DNA of 64,000 nucleotides from Wenzhouxiangellaceae bacterium (GTDB lineage Bacteria; Pseudomonadota; Gammaproteobacteria; Xanthomonadales; Wenzhouxiangellaceae): NCBI GenBank assembly GCA_032251475.1, contig JAVVDX010000001.1, positions 665 to 64,664 of the forward strand, read 5' to 3'. Shown piece by piece: positions 37,942 to 49,143 of this stretch (position 1 is its first letter; each line of letters starts with the position of its first letter). The notes under the pieces were generated by a model. It saw only the letters and a program-made list of their open reading frames with translations, ran no database searches and was not told where the DNA came from. The position numbers and the translations under genes were made by a program.

Positions 37942-40900
37942 TCATGATGCCGCCATCGCGACGGCTTTTTCCAGGTCTACCGAGACCAGGCGCGAGATCC
38001 CCGGCTCGCGCATCGTCACGCCCAGCATCTGATGCGCGACTTCCATCGTCACCTTGTTGTGCGTGACGAACAGGAACTGGACCTTGTCCGACATTTCCTG
38101 CACCAGCTCCGAGAACCGGCCGACGTTGGCATCGTCCAGCGGCGCGTCGACCTCGTCGAGCAGGCAGAACGGCGCCGGATTGAGGTTGAAGATCGCAAAC
38201 ACGAACGCGACCGCGGTCAGCGCCTTCTCGCCGCCCGACAGCAGGTGGATGCGCGTGATGCGCTTGCCCGGCGGGCGCGCCAGGATCGCCGCGCCGGCGG
38301 TCAGCCAGTCGTCGCCGACCATCTCCAGATGCGCGTGTCCGCCGCCGAACAGCCGCGGGAACAGCGTTTCGAGATTGGCGTTGATGCGCTCGAAGGTGTC
38401 GCGGAAGCGCGTGCGCGTGGTCCGGTCTATCCGCGCGATCGCCTGCTCCAGCGTCTCCAGCGCCTCGGTCAGGTCGGCGTGCTGGCGGTCCAGGTAGTCC
38501 TTGCGCTCGGCTTCCTGCTCGCGCTCCTGGATTGCGGCCAGGTTGACCGGCTCGAGCCGCCGGATCTTCTCCTCCAGGCGGCCGAGTTCGTCGACCCAGG
38601 CCTGCGTCTCGGCGTCCTCGGGCAGCTCGGCGGCCAGCGCATCGAGATCACCGTCGAGTTCGGCCACGCGACCGGCGTGACGCTCGACCTCGATCTCGAG
38701 CTCGCGCCGGTGGACCTGGGCTGCGGATTGCTGCTCGCGGATCGCGTCGGCCCCGGCGGCCGCGTCCCGGCGCCTGCGGTCGAGTTCGCGCCACTGCTGC
38801 TCGAGTTCCTCGAGCTCGGCGCGCGAGGCCTTGAGCCGTTCCTCGACCTCCAGCCGCCGCGTCAGCAGGCCGTCGCGTTCGGTCTGCTGGGCGCGCACCG
38901 GCCTGTCACCCTGGGCCAGCTTTTCCGACAACTCGACGTAGCGGCCCTGGAGCTGGCCCACCTGGGTGTCCATGCGCCGGATCGCCTGCTTCAGCGAATC
39001 GAGGCTGGCGCGGCAGGACTCGACCTTCAGCGCGATCTCCTCGCGCGCTTCGCGTGCGCCGCGGTAATCGTGCCGGCTCTTTTCGCGCTGCTTCTGCTGC
39101 TCGTTGCGCGTCGCCAGCAGTTCGTTCTCGCGGCCGTCCAGCCGCTCGAGCTCCTCCAGCGCCTCCTGCATCTCCCGGCGCGCCGCGGCCAGCGCCTCCC
39201 GATCTCCCTGCTGGCGCTCGATCAGTGACGCGTGTTCCTGTTCCATCTCGGCGCGCCGGCGCTCGAGCGCCTCGCGCCGGTTGTCCTGGCCGGCGCGAAT
39301 GCCGGACAGCTCGGAGACCCGCGCCTGCAGCCGTTCGACTTCGTCGCGGCCGCTCTCCATCGCCGCGCTGCCGTCCCCGTGCCTGCGCTCGCGCTCGGCC
39401 AGGTCTTCCATCCGCGTCTCGATCTCGCGGGTGAGCGCGTCGAGTTCGCCCTCGAGCGTGCGAATTTCGCGCTGCCGGGCCAGCCGGCCCTCGGATTCGT
39501 CATCGCCGGAATTCGCCCGCCACGACCAGCCGCGGCCGAGCCACAGTCCGTCCGGCGTAATGACCGACTCGGCCGGTCCCATGGATGCAACCCGCGAGAA
39601 CGCCTCGTCGGCGTCGGCGCAGCAATGCACGGCATTCAGCATTACCGTCAGCGCCCCGGCGCCGGAGAGCTTCTCGGCCAGCGTGCCCGGGCGCGGCGCG
39701 TCCGTCTCGGCCTGTTCGGCGATGAGCCCCAGGCCCGGCACCGGCGGCTCGTGCGGCACGTCGCCGTCGATCATGCGCGCGGCCAGCCAGCGCTCGAGCA
39801 CGGTTTCGGCCGCGTTCTGCCAGTCGGGGTCGACATGCAGCGATTCGAGCAGGCTGGGCCCGGTGTCCAGCCCGCGTTCGGCCAGCCACGCACGCTGCGA
39901 ATCGTCCTCGGCGCGCGGCCGGTTGAGCACGTGCAGCGATTCGACCCGTCCGCGGATTTCGCGCTCGCGTCCGCGCAGTTCGTCGAGTTCGCCGCGCAGC
40001 CGCTCGATCGCCTCGCGCGCACCGGATACCGCCTCGCGCTTCTCGCCCAGCGCCGCACGCGCGCGCTCGAGTTCGGTCTCGGCGGCCTCGAGGTCGCGGC
40101 GCGTCTGCGCGCGCTCGGCATCGAGCTTCTCACGCGCACCGCCATCGTCGGCGGCGAGCTTTTCCAGCCGCTGCGAGGCTTGGCTCATACGCTCGTCCAG
40201 GTGCTCGATGCGCAACTTGAGCAGTTCGACGCGCTGGCGCGTCGCCGACGCCTCGGACCGGCACTTCTGCCACTGCTCCTGGCGCTCGGCCAGCGCCGCC
40301 TCGGCCTGCTCGAACGCCTCGCGCGCCGCGTGCTCGGCACTTCGGGCCTTTTCCAGCGCCGGCTCGAGCTCGGCGATGCGCCCGGTGACGTCCTCGACCT
40401 GGGCGCGGTCCAGCACCAGGTGCTGCTGCAGTTCGTTGATCTGCGATTCGACCTCGGTGTATTCGTTGCGCTGCCGTTCGAGCAGGTCCTTCTGGTGCTC
40501 GATGGACTGCTCCAGGCGTGCGATCTCGCCGGCCACTTCGTACAGTTCGGCCTGGATCGACGAGGTCTTCTCCGATGCCTGGTGCTGGCGCTCGCGCAGC
40601 GTCTCCAGCGCCTTTTCGGCCTCGCGCTGCTCCGCGACGGCCTGTTCGATGCGCGTTTCGGTCTCGCGCAGCCGGGCCGCGTGCTGCTCGAGCTCGCCGC
40701 GCGCGCGCCGCCAGCGCAGCGCGCTCAGGCGCGCCTCCTCGTCGCGATAGCGCTGCTTGAGCTTGCGGTAGCGCTCGGCCGCGCGCGCCTGGCGCTTGAG
40801 CTTTTCGAGCTGCTTGGCGACTTCCTCGCGCAGGTCCGAGAGCCGCTCGAGGTTCTCGCGCGTATGCCGGATGCGGTTCTCGGTTTCGCGCCGGCGCTCC

Positions 40901-41421
40901 TTGTAGACCGAGATGCCGGCAGCCTCTTCGAGGAACGCACGCAACTCTTCGGGCCGCGCCTCGACGATCTGCGAGATCATCCCCTGCTCGATGATCGCGT
41001 AGCTGCGCGGGCCCAGCCCGGTGCCCAGGAACAGGTCGGTGATGTCCTTGCGCCGGCACCGGCTGCCGTTGAGGAAATACGCCGACTGGCCGTCGCGGCT
41101 GACCTGGCGCCGGACCGAAATTTCGTTGTAGTTCGCGTACTCGCCGCCGGCGCGGCCGTCGGAATTGTCGAACATCAGCTCCACGCTCGCGGTCCCGACC
41201 GGCTTGCGCGCGCTGGAGCCGGAAAAGATCACGTCGCTCATCGACTCGCCGCGGAGCTGGCGCGCCGAACTCTCGCCCATGACCCAGCGCACGGCGTCGA
41301 TGATGTTGGACTTGCCGCAGCCGTTCGGCCCGACGACGGCCATCAGGTTGGACGGGAGCTTGATCGTGGCCGGCTCGACGAACGACTTGAAGCCGGCCAG
41401 CTTGATTGCAGTCAGTCGCAT
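37942..41421 (-). CDS. smc: chromosome segregation protein SMC
   Basis: GPNGCGKSN, long coiled coils, LSGGEK, LDEVDAPLD. Confidence 0.97.
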   Translation of the reverse strand: MRLTAIKLAGFKSFVEPATIKLPSNLMAVVGPNGCGKSNIIDAVRWVMGESSARQLRGESMSDVIFSGSSARKPVGTASVELMFDNSDGRAGGEYANYNEISVRRQVSRDGQSAYFLNGSRCRRKDITDLFLGTGLGPRSYAIIEQGMISQIVEARPEELRAFLEEAAGISVYKERRRETENRIRHTRENLERLSDLREEVAKQLEKLKRQARAAERYRKLKQRYRDEEARLSALRWRRARGELEQHAARLRETETRIEQAVAEQREAEKALETLRERQHQASEKTSSIQAELYEVAGEIARLEQSIEHQKDLLERQRNEYTEVESQINELQQHLVLDRAQVEDVTGRIAELEPALEKARSAEHAAREAFEQAEAALAERQEQWQKCRSEASATRQRVELLKLRIEHLDERMSQASQRLEKLAADDGGAREKLDAERAQTRRDLEAAETELERARAALGEKREAVSGAREAIERLRGELDELRGREREIRGRVESLHVLNRPRAEDDSQRAWLAERGLDTGPSLLESLHVDPDWQNAAETVLERWLAARMIDGDVPHEPPVPGLGLIAEQAETDAPRPGTLAEKLSGAGALTVMLNAVHCCADADEAFSRVASMGPAESVITPDGLWLGRGWSWRANSGDDESEGRLARQREIRTLEGELDALTREIETRMEDLAERERRHGDGSAAMESGRDEVERLQARVSELSGIRAGQDNRREALERRRAEMEQEHASLIERQQGDREALAAARREMQEALEELERLDGRENELLATRNEQQKQREKSRHDYRGAREAREEIALKVESCRASLDSLKQAIRRMDTQVGQLQGRYVELSEKLAQGDRPVRAQQTERDGLLTRRLEVEERLKASRAELEELEQQWRELDRRRRDAAAGADAIREQQSAAQVHRRELEIEVERHAGRVAELDGDLDALAAELPEDAETQAWVDELGRLEEKIRRLEPVNLAAIQEREQEAERKDYLDRQHADLTEALETLEQAIARIDRTTRTRFRDTFERINANLETLFPRLFGGGHAHLEMVGDDWLTAGAAILARPPGKRITRIHLLSGGEKALTAVAFVFAIFNLNPAPFCLLDEVDAPLDDANVGRFSELVQEMSDKVQFLFVTHNKVTMEVAHQMLGVTMREPGISRLVSVDLEKAVAMAAS

Positions 41422-41513
41422 GAAACGAAAATTGGCTCCACTGTTTGCCGCGCCCGACCCGCCGGGCGTCGTTTATTCTATGGCCCGATCCGAACCACCG
41501 TCAGGAAAAGCGC

Positions 41514-41903
41514 ATGCCTTCCCAACCCAGCCGGGACCTGGAAGTCTTTCCCAACCCGCAAGCCGGGACGGACTATACCATTCACATCCGGATTCCGGAG
41601 TTTACCTGCCTGTGCCCCAGGACCGGCCAGCCGGACTTCGCCGAACTGCGCCTGGCCTACGTGCCCGATGAGTTCTGCGTCGAGCTCAAGTCGCTGAAGC
41701 TCTATGTCTGGTCGTACCGCGACGAGGGCGCGTTCCACGAGGCCGTGACCAACGAGATCCTCGCCGACCTGGTCGCGGCGACCCGTCCGCGCTACATGCG
41801 CCTGACCGCCGAATTCAACGTCCGCGGCGGCATCTGCACCACTGTCGTCGCCGAACACCGTGCGCCCGGCTGGCAGCCCCCGGCGCGCGTCGAACTGCCC
41901 TGA
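41514..41903 (+). CDS. queF: NADPH-dependent preQ0 reductase (type I)
   Basis: [24 protein letters not shown]. Confidence 0.95.
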   Translation: MPSQPSRDLEVFPNPQAGTDYTIHIRIPEFTCLCPRTGQPDFAELRLAYVPDEFCVELKSLKLYVWSYRDEGAFHEAVTNEILADLVAATRPRYMRLTAEFNVRGGICTTVVAEHRAPGWQPPARVELP

Positions 41904-42085
41904 GCCCGGATTATTCATGACCCAACCTACTGCGACGCCCCCAAGTCCCGCATCTGCGACGTTTCGCTCGGTCGCGTATCCTCACCGTACCGGCGAGTAC
42001 GCCTCCGGTGCGCTCGGTCGCGAAACGCCGCATCTACAAGACCTGGAACCATCTCGCGACGGTCGGGTCATGAATAATCCGGGCT
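41903..42085 (-). mobile_element. 183-bp rod-like hairpin MITE-like element, copy 3 (inverted)
   Basis: Same terminal repeats as copy 2; TGA duplicated on both flanks. Confidence 0.85.
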
Positions 42086-42089
42086 GAGT

Positions 42090-42920
42090 TCAATCAGCTC
42101 CGGGTTCGCGGGCCTCGCCGAGCGGCAATACCGGCGTGACTTCGGCGGCGTCGACGATCGCGTCGATCAACGCCTGCGCGCGTTCGCGCGCGAGCGAACG
42201 CCGGATGCCCTCGCGAACCTCGTCGAACGCCGGGGGCGCCAGCGCGTCGATTTCGGCGACCCGCACGACCAGCCACTGGGCCTGGTACGGCATAGGCGTC
42301 TCGATCACTTCCCCGGCCGACGTTTCGGCGAGTATTTCTCCGAAGTCCGGCGGCACTTGCGACAAGTCGATCCAGTCGGTCCTGCGCGCGAGCCGGCCTT
42401 CCGCGGTGGCGCGCTCGATTTCCTCGCGAAATTCCGTCCCGGTCTCCAGTCGCTGCAGCGCCTCCAGGGCCGCGGCCTGGTCGGCGAACTCGATTGTCTC
42501 GAGCCGGTAGCGTCGATCGCCGGCACGCTCGACCTGGCGGTCGTAGGCGGCCCGGATCTCGGCGTCGGTGACCGGATTGTCGCGCTGGTGCTTCTCGAGC
42601 AGGCGCAGGTATTGCACTTCGATGTCCTTGATCAGCCGCTCGGCGCGAACCTCGGGTTTGTCCGAGAGGCCTTCGGCCCGCGCCCGGTTCGCGACCGCAC
42701 GCAACCGGACCAGTTCGTCCAGCACCCGCCGCATCCCTTCGTGGTCGTTTTCGGAAACGCCCTGAACTTCCATCAGAAACTCGAGCATCGGCAACGTGAC
42801 CGGCTCGCCGTCGACTTCGACCAGCACGGGATCGCCGGCCGCGACGAGCCGCGATTCGTTTCGCGCCTGATCGCATCCGGTTAGAATTAATAATCCGAAT
42901 ATCAGTAGATTAAATTTCAT
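42090..42920 (-). CDS. PpiC/parvulin-type peptidyl-prolyl isomerase-like lipoprotein
   Basis: Lipobox LTGC, SurA-like N-terminus, rotamase-like core; usual neighbour of yciI-bolA. Confidence 0.7.
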   Translation of the reverse strand: MKFNLLIFGLLILTGCDQARNESRLVAAGDPVLVEVDGEPVTLPMLEFLMEVQGVSENDHEGMRRVLDELVRLRAVANRARAEGLSDKPEVRAERLIKDIEVQYLRLLEKHQRDNPVTDAEIRAAYDRQVERAGDRRYRLETIEFADQAAALEALQRLETGTEFREEIERATAEGRLARRTDWIDLSQVPPDFGEILAETSAGEVIETPMPYQAQWLVVRVAEIDALAPPAFDEVREGIRRSLARERAQALIDAIVDAAEVTPVLPLGEAREPGAD

Positions 42921-43218
42921 TTCTTGATTTTGCTTCAACTGCCAGTGCGTGAATATCGGTTTGCATCAGCCGGCCCAGCGCCGCGTAGACCCGCCGGTGC
43001 CGGTCCAGCCGCGAAAGGCCGGCGAACACGTCCGAGACAATCCGCACCCGGAAGTGGCCGCGCCCGTCGCGCGCGCCGGGGTGGCCGAGGTGCAGATGCG
43101 ACTCGTCGATGACCTCGAGCGCATCGGGCGCGAACGCGCGCTCGAGACACTCGCGGATCAGTGCGGCCCGCCCGGCACCCCTGTCGCTGCCATTCTGCGC
43201 ACCCTTGCGACCGCTCAT
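42910..43218 (-). CDS. bolA: BolA family protein
   Basis: DESHLH.GH, HFRVRIVS..F, RHRRVY, IHALA. Confidence 0.9.
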   Translation of the reverse strand: MSGRKGAQNGSDRGAGRAALIRECLERAFAPDALEVIDESHLHLGHPGARDGRGHFRVRIVSDVFAGLSRLDRHRRVYAALGRLMQTDIHALAVEAKSRNEI

Positions 43219-43514
43219 GGCAGCACCTGCACGAACGGTCTGGCCTCGACCCGGACCCAGGCGCCCGACTCGAGGTACGGGTCGCCTTCCGCCCAGGCGC
43301 GCGCGTCGGCCAGCGACGCGAACTCGGCGACGATCAGCGAACCGTCGAAGCCGGCCGGGCCCGGATCCTCGGCGTCGATCGCCGGCTGCGGACCGGCCAG
43401 CACCAGTCGTCCGTCGTCGCACAGCGACCGAATCCGGCCGACGTGCGCTTCGCGCGCCTCGCCGCGCGCCGCACCCGAGTCGCTCGCGTCCGTTCCAATG
43501 ATCACGTACAACAT
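43215..43514 (-). CDS. yciI: YciI family protein
   Basis: REAH, LVLAGP, GFDGSLIVAEF, DPY. Confidence 0.9.
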   Translation of the reverse strand: MLYVIIGTDASDSGAARGEAREAHVGRIRSLCDDGRLVLAGPQPAIDAEDPGPAGFDGSLIVAEFASLADARAWAEGDPYLESGAWVRVEARPFVQVLP

Positions 43515-43589
43515 GAATGCCACCACGATCGGGCCGGACAGAGTATAGCCGGCGCGTGGCAAACCCTGCATCCTGCTAAACTCGCGCCG

Positions 43590-44477
43590 ATGAACGACGC
43601 GCCCGAGATTGTCGAGCACGAGGCCGAAGATCCGTCGCGCGCCGGGGACGAACGGCCCGCCGGACTCCAGGGCACGGAAGATCCGCACCGGCAGTCCGAG
43701 ATTCCGCTCGCGACGGTGCGCGGCGAGCCGCTGCTCAAGCTGCCCGACGACCTCTACATTCCGCCCGACGCACTGGAGGTGTTCCTCGACGCGTTCGAGG
43801 GGCCGCTGGACCTGCTGCTCTACCTGATCCGGCGCCAGAATCTGGACATCCTCGACATTCCGATCGCCGAGATCACGCGCCAGTACACCGGCTACATCGA
43901 GATGATGCAGGAGATGCGGCTGGAGCTGGCCGCCGAATACCTGGTCATGGCCGCGATCCTGGCCGAGATCAAGTCGCGCATGCTGCTGCCCCGCCCGGAG
44001 CCCGAGGAGCAGGATGAGGGCGACCCGCGCGCCGAGTTGATCCGGCGGCTGCAGGAATACGAGCGCTTCAAGCAGGCCGCCGCGGATCTCGATGAACTGC
44101 CCCGGCTCGAGCGCGACGTCGCGCTGGCGCGAGCCGACATCGCCGAGCACAAGCCGATCCAGCTGCCCCCGGAAGTCGACCTGCGCGAGCTGCTGCTGGC
44201 GCTGCGCGACGTCATGACGCGGGCCGAGCTGTTCGCCCAGCACCACATCCAGAGCGAACCGCTGAGCGTGCGCGAGCGCATGAGCCGGATTGTGCAGACC
44301 CTCAAGGCCAACGAGTTCGTCCGCTTCGAGCAGCTGTTCGACCTGGCCGAAGGCCGGCTGGGCGCCGTCGTCACGTTCCTGGCCCTGCTCGAGCTTTTGC
44401 GCGAGCACCTGGTCGACCTGGTTCAGCAGGAGCTTTTCGGCGCCATCTACCTGCGCGCCCCGGAGGCCGCCGAATGA
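43590..44477 (+). CDS. scpA: segregation/condensation protein A
   Basis: FEGPLDLLLYLI, EIKSRMLLP, VVTFLALLEL. Confidence 0.95.
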   Translation: MNDAPEIVEHEAEDPSRAGDERPAGLQGTEDPHRQSEIPLATVRGEPLLKLPDDLYIPPDALEVFLDAFEGPLDLLLYLIRRQNLDILDIPIAEITRQYTGYIEMMQEMRLELAAEYLVMAAILAEIKSRMLLPRPEPEEQDEGDPRAELIRRLQEYERFKQAAADLDELPRLERDVALARADIAEHKPIQLPPEVDLRELLLALRDVMTRAELFAQHHIQSEPLSVRERMSRIVQTLKANEFVRFEQLFDLAEGRLGAVVTFLALLELLREHLVDLVQQELFGAIYLRAPEAAE

Positions 44478-44571
44478 ACAAGCCCGCACGCGATGCCGCC
44501 GGCCGGCCGGAACCGGAAATCCGCGAACGAACCGACCCCGAATCGACCCCGAATCGACCGTGAAGAGCCCG

Positions 44572-45405
44572 ATGGAACCCGCGACCGAATCCTCCATGGA
44601 AGCGTCCATGGCGCCCGAAAGAATCAAGGTCTGGCTGGAAGGTGCGCTGCTGGCGGCCGGCCAGCCGCTGACGCTCAACCAGCTCAACTCGCTGTTCGAC
44701 GAGGATGAACAGCCCGGCCACGGGTTGATCCGCCAGGCGCTGGCGCTGCTCGACGCCGAGCTGGAAGGACGCGCGATCGAGCTGGTAGAGGTCGCCGGCG
44801 GCTATCGGCTGCAGATCCGTCAGAACCTGATGCCGATGGTCTCGCGGCTGTGGACCGAGAAGCCGCCGCGCTACTCGCGCGCACTTCTCGAGACGCTGGT
44901 CATCATCGCCTATCGCCAGCCGATCACGCGCGGCGAAATCGAGCAGATCCGCGGCGTATCGCTGTCGGCAAACATTCTCAAGACGCTGCAGGAACGCGAG
45001 TGGATCAAGGTCGTCGGCCACCGCGACATACCGGGCAGGCCCGAACTGCTGGGCACGACCCGGGCGTTTCTCGACTACTTCGGACTCAAGGGTCTGGACG
45101 ATTTGCCGACGCTGGCCGAAATCCGCGACCTTGACAATATAGAGCCGGAACTGCAGTTCGAAGACCCGGACCACACTTCCGCGGAAGAATCGACCGCTCC
45201 CGATCCGCCCGGCAGGTATACCGAAGATGAACAGACCCAGCCAGCCCCGGAAGAAGACCAGGACTTCGCGCGCGAAACCGCCGAAGAAAAGCCGGAGAGA
45301 CAAGCCGTCGAAGGGGCCGGCGAAGACGGCAGGCGCGGAGCCGACCCGGACCACGAAACCACGGCGGAGCCGACCGGCACGGAAGAAGAAGAACACCGGC
45401 GCTGA
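44572..45405 (+). CDS. scpB: SMC-Scp complex subunit ScpB
   Basis: SRALLETL.IIAYRQPITRGEIEQIRGV, PGRP..TT..FLDYF; start uncertain. Confidence 0.93.
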   Translation: MEPATESSMEASMAPERIKVWLEGALLAAGQPLTLNQLNSLFDEDEQPGHGLIRQALALLDAELEGRAIELVEVAGGYRLQIRQNLMPMVSRLWTEKPPRYSRALLETLVIIAYRQPITRGEIEQIRGVSLSANILKTLQEREWIKVVGHRDIPGRPELLGTTRAFLDYFGLKGLDDLPTLAEIRDLDNIEPELQFEDPDHTSAEESTAPDPPGRYTEDEQTQPAPEEDQDFARETAEEKPERQAVEGAGEDGRRGADPDHETTAEPTGTEEEEHRR

Positions 45406-46195
45406 AGCCGGCCCGGGAGCCGCCGGCGAGCGGCTGCAGAAAGTGCTGTCGCGCGCCGGTCTCGGCGCCCGCCGCAAGATCGAGGCGCTGGTCGCCGCCG
45501 GCCGGATCCGCGTCAACGGCAGGATTGCCGAGCTCGGTCAACGCGTCGCGGCCGGTGACCGGATCGAGATCGACGGCGATCGCTACGCCGTCGTCGAACG
45601 GCGCGGCCGGCACCAGACGCTGATCTATCACAAGCCCGAGGGAGAGGTCACGACACGCAGCGACCCCGAGGGCCGCGCGACCGTTTTCGACCGCCTGCCG
45701 CCCGTTGTCGACGGGCGCTGGATCGCGATCGGCCGGCTCGACCTGAACACGGCCGGCCTGCTGCTGCTGACCACCGACGGCGAGCTGGCCCACCGGATGA
45801 TGCACCCGGCCGGCAACGTCGACCGCGAATACGTCTGCCGCATCCGCGGTGAGGTCGCCGACGCCGATCTTCAGCGGCTGCTGGCGGGCGTCGAACTCGA
45901 CGACGGGGTCGCAAAGTTCAGCGACCTGGTCGTCGGCGAGCACACCTCGGGCCACACCTGGTACACGGTCGCAATCATGGAAGGCCGCAACCGCGAGGTC
46001 CGCCGGCTCTGGGAGGCCGTCGGCGCCACGGTCGCCCGGCTCAAGCGGGTGCGTTTCGGGCCGGTGTTCCTGCCCAAGGATCTCAAGCCCGGCCAGTACC
46101 GCAAGCTGGGCACCAGGGACCACCGCATCCTGCGCGAGGATGTCGGTCTGAAGCCCGCGGCGGCCGAACTGGCGCTCGAACGTCAGCGTGTGTAG
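45227..46195 (+). CDS. rluB: 23S rRNA pseudouridine synthase RluB
   Basis: ERLQKVL S4 domain, GRLDLNT, EGRNREVRR; follows scpAB. Confidence 0.9.
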   Translation: MNRPSQPRKKTRTSRAKPPKKSRRDKPSKGPAKTAGAEPTRTTKPRRSRPARKKKNTGAEAGPGAAGERLQKVLSRAGLGARRKIEALVAAGRIRVNGRIAELGQRVAAGDRIEIDGDRYAVVERRGRHQTLIYHKPEGEVTTRSDPEGRATVFDRLPPVVDGRWIAIGRLDLNTAGLLLLTTDGELAHRMMHPAGNVDREYVCRIRGEVADADLQRLLAGVELDDGVAKFSDLVVGEHTSGHTWYTVAIMEGRNREVRRLWEAVGATVARLKRVRFGPVFLPKDLKPGQYRKLGTRDHRILREDVGLKPAAAELALERQRV

Positions 46196-47319
46196 CGGCG
46201 CCCCTTCCAGCCGGCGCCGGCGCCGAAATGGTGGCGGGCGGCCGAGTCGACGGTGGCCGCCAGGAACAGCATCGCGGCCAGCGGCAGGCTGGCCGCCCAC
46301 AGGACACTGAGTCCCGCGAACCGGACCTGCGGCGCGTAGCCGGCGGCCATCAGCAGCCAGCCGGCCAGGCCGAGACCGGACAGTGCCCGCGAACCTTCGA
46401 CGATGCCGGTCGCGAATGCGGCCGGCGGCGCAATGAACGCGAGCAGCATTACCGCAACGGTCAGCGCCAGCAGTGCCGGCGACTGCCGGAGCTGGACGTA
46501 GGCGGTGCGCCGGATCGTCGCCAGCACCGAGCCGAAATCGGGGTGCCGGCGCATGCTTCGGACACCGTGGCTCAGCCCCAGCCAGATCCGGCCGCCGGCG
46601 GCCCGGACGCGCCGGGCCAGTTCGCAGTCGTCGATCAGCGCATTCTTCCAGGCGGCGAACGCGCCGGCACGTTCGAGCATCTCGCGCCGGACCAGCACGC
46701 AGCCGCCGGCCGCGGCCGCGAACGGCCGGTCGGGCCGGTTGACCCACGCAAATGGATAGATCTGCCTGAAGAAATAAACGAACGCCGGCAGCATCAGCTT
46801 CTCGGGCAGCGATTCGGCCGGCAGTTCGGCCATGATCGAGACCTGGTCCAGCCGATCGTGCTCGAGCTTTCCGGTCAGGGCGGCGACCATGCCCGGATCG
46901 AGCCGGATGTCGGCATCGAGCAGCAGCACCAGCGGTGTATCGACGTGCCCCAGCCCCTGCTCGAGCGCCCATAACTTGCCCGACCAACCCGGCGGCGTCG
47001 CACGGCCTTCGACCAGGCGCACGGCGGGATTCGAGGCGCTCCATGAGGCGACAATCTCGCCGCTTCCGTCCTCCGAACCGTCGTCGACGACGACGACGGC
47101 CGCCACGCCGGCTTGCAGAGCAACCGCCTCCAGCGTTGCGGCGATGCTGTCGGCCTCGTTCCGGGCCGGGATCAGTACCGTGACCGCGGCGGCGTCGCAC
47201 CGCGGCCGACCAGACGGGGAAGCGGCCGGTTCGAGCCGCTCGCGCGTGCTCCACGGTCGCCACGGGACCAGAAGCACGGCCAGCCACAGGCACGCGGCCG
47301 CGCCGGCCAGCCAGCTCAC
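46183..47319 (-). CDS. hpnB: hopanoid-associated GT2 glycosyltransferase (HpnB-like)
   Basis: IPARNEA, VDDGSED, GWSGKLWA, DAD, IDDC, WKGRRY; next to hpnH. Confidence 0.8.
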   Translation of the reverse strand: MSWLAGAAACLWLAVLLVPWRPWSTRERLEPAASPSGRPRCDAAAVTVLIPARNEADSIAATLEAVALQAGVAAVVVVDDGSEDGSGEIVASWSASNPAVRLVEGRATPPGWSGKLWALEQGLGHVDTPLVLLLDADIRLDPGMVAALTGKLEHDRLDQVSIMAELPAESLPEKLMLPAFVYFFRQIYPFAWVNRPDRPFAAAAGGCVLVRREMLERAGAFAAWKNALIDDCELARRVRAAGGRIWLGLSHGVRSMRRHPDFGSVLATIRRTAYVQLRQSPALLALTVAVMLLAFIAPPAAFATGIVEGSRALSGLGLAGWLLMAAGYAPQVRFAGLSVLWAASLPLAAMLFLAATVDSAARHHFGAGAGWKGRRYTR

Positions 47320-47341
47320 GGGCCCGGGATCCCTTCCGGCG

Positions 47342-48442
<1,101 letters not shown>

Positions 48443-48555
48443 GGTCTCTCCCGAAGTTCATTAATTGAAAGTCTGATCCCGTCCTTGTGCGCGGGGATCA
48501 CCTCTGTTGTCAACCGATTGGACCCGCCAACCGGCGTCGTCATTTCATTCCCGCG

Positions 48556-49143
48556 TCAGGCGAACCGCCGCTGTTCGGTCAAGGCCCCGATTCGGCCGCG
48601 CCAGTCGCTCATCAGCGATTCCCATTCCAGCCTGAACCACGGCGTGCAACGCTGCGGTTTCTCGTCGAGCATTCGCGTGACCTCGGTCGGTTCGACCCAT
48701 TTCCAGTCGGCGATCTCGTCGGGGTGCACGGTAACATCTCCGTCGCTGCGTCCGATGTAGACATGGCACAACTCGTGCTCGGCGCCGACTTCGCCGAAAT
48801 CGGCCTGGTAGATGAACTTGTAGAGATATTCGAGTTCGGCGTCAACGCCCAGTTCCTCGACCAGCCGCCGGTGCGTGGCCTGCGCCATCGATTCTCCCCG
48901 CCTGGGGTGCGAACAGCAGCTGTTGGACCAGTAAAGCGGCCACAGCGGCTTGCGGGCACTGCGCTGCTGCAGCAGGACCCGCCCCCGGCCGTCGAACAGG
49001 AAAATCGAGAACGCCCGGTGCAGCGTGCCGTGGCCGCGGTGGCAGTCGACCTTGGAGCGGTAGCCGATCTCGTTGTCTTTCTCGTCGACGAGGATCAGCG
49101 GCTCGGTATCGAACGAGACCGTTTCGTGCCCGGCTTCATTCAT
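48556..49143 (-). CDS. idi: type 1 isopentenyl-diphosphate delta-isomerase
   Basis: LHRAFSIFLF, WSNSCCSHP, EHELC, TPWF. Confidence 0.94.
   Translation of the reverse strand: MNEAGHETVSFDTEPLILVDEKDNEIGYRSKVDCHRGHGTLHRAFSIFLFDGRGRVLLQQRSARKPLWPLYWSNSCCSHPRRGESMAQATHRRLVEELGVDAELEYLYKFIYQADFGEVGAEHELCHVYIGRSDGDVTVHPDEIADWKWVEPTEVTRMLDEKPQRCTPWFRLEWESLMSDWRGRIGALTEQRRFA

Noticed and set aside
41860-42087. Small ORFs sharing the peptide FRSVA.PHRTGEYASGALG.ETP (also 18722-18922 and within 27519-28325)
   Set aside because: Translations of the repeated hairpin element. Starts and ends differ between copies, and conservation follows base pairing rather than codons.
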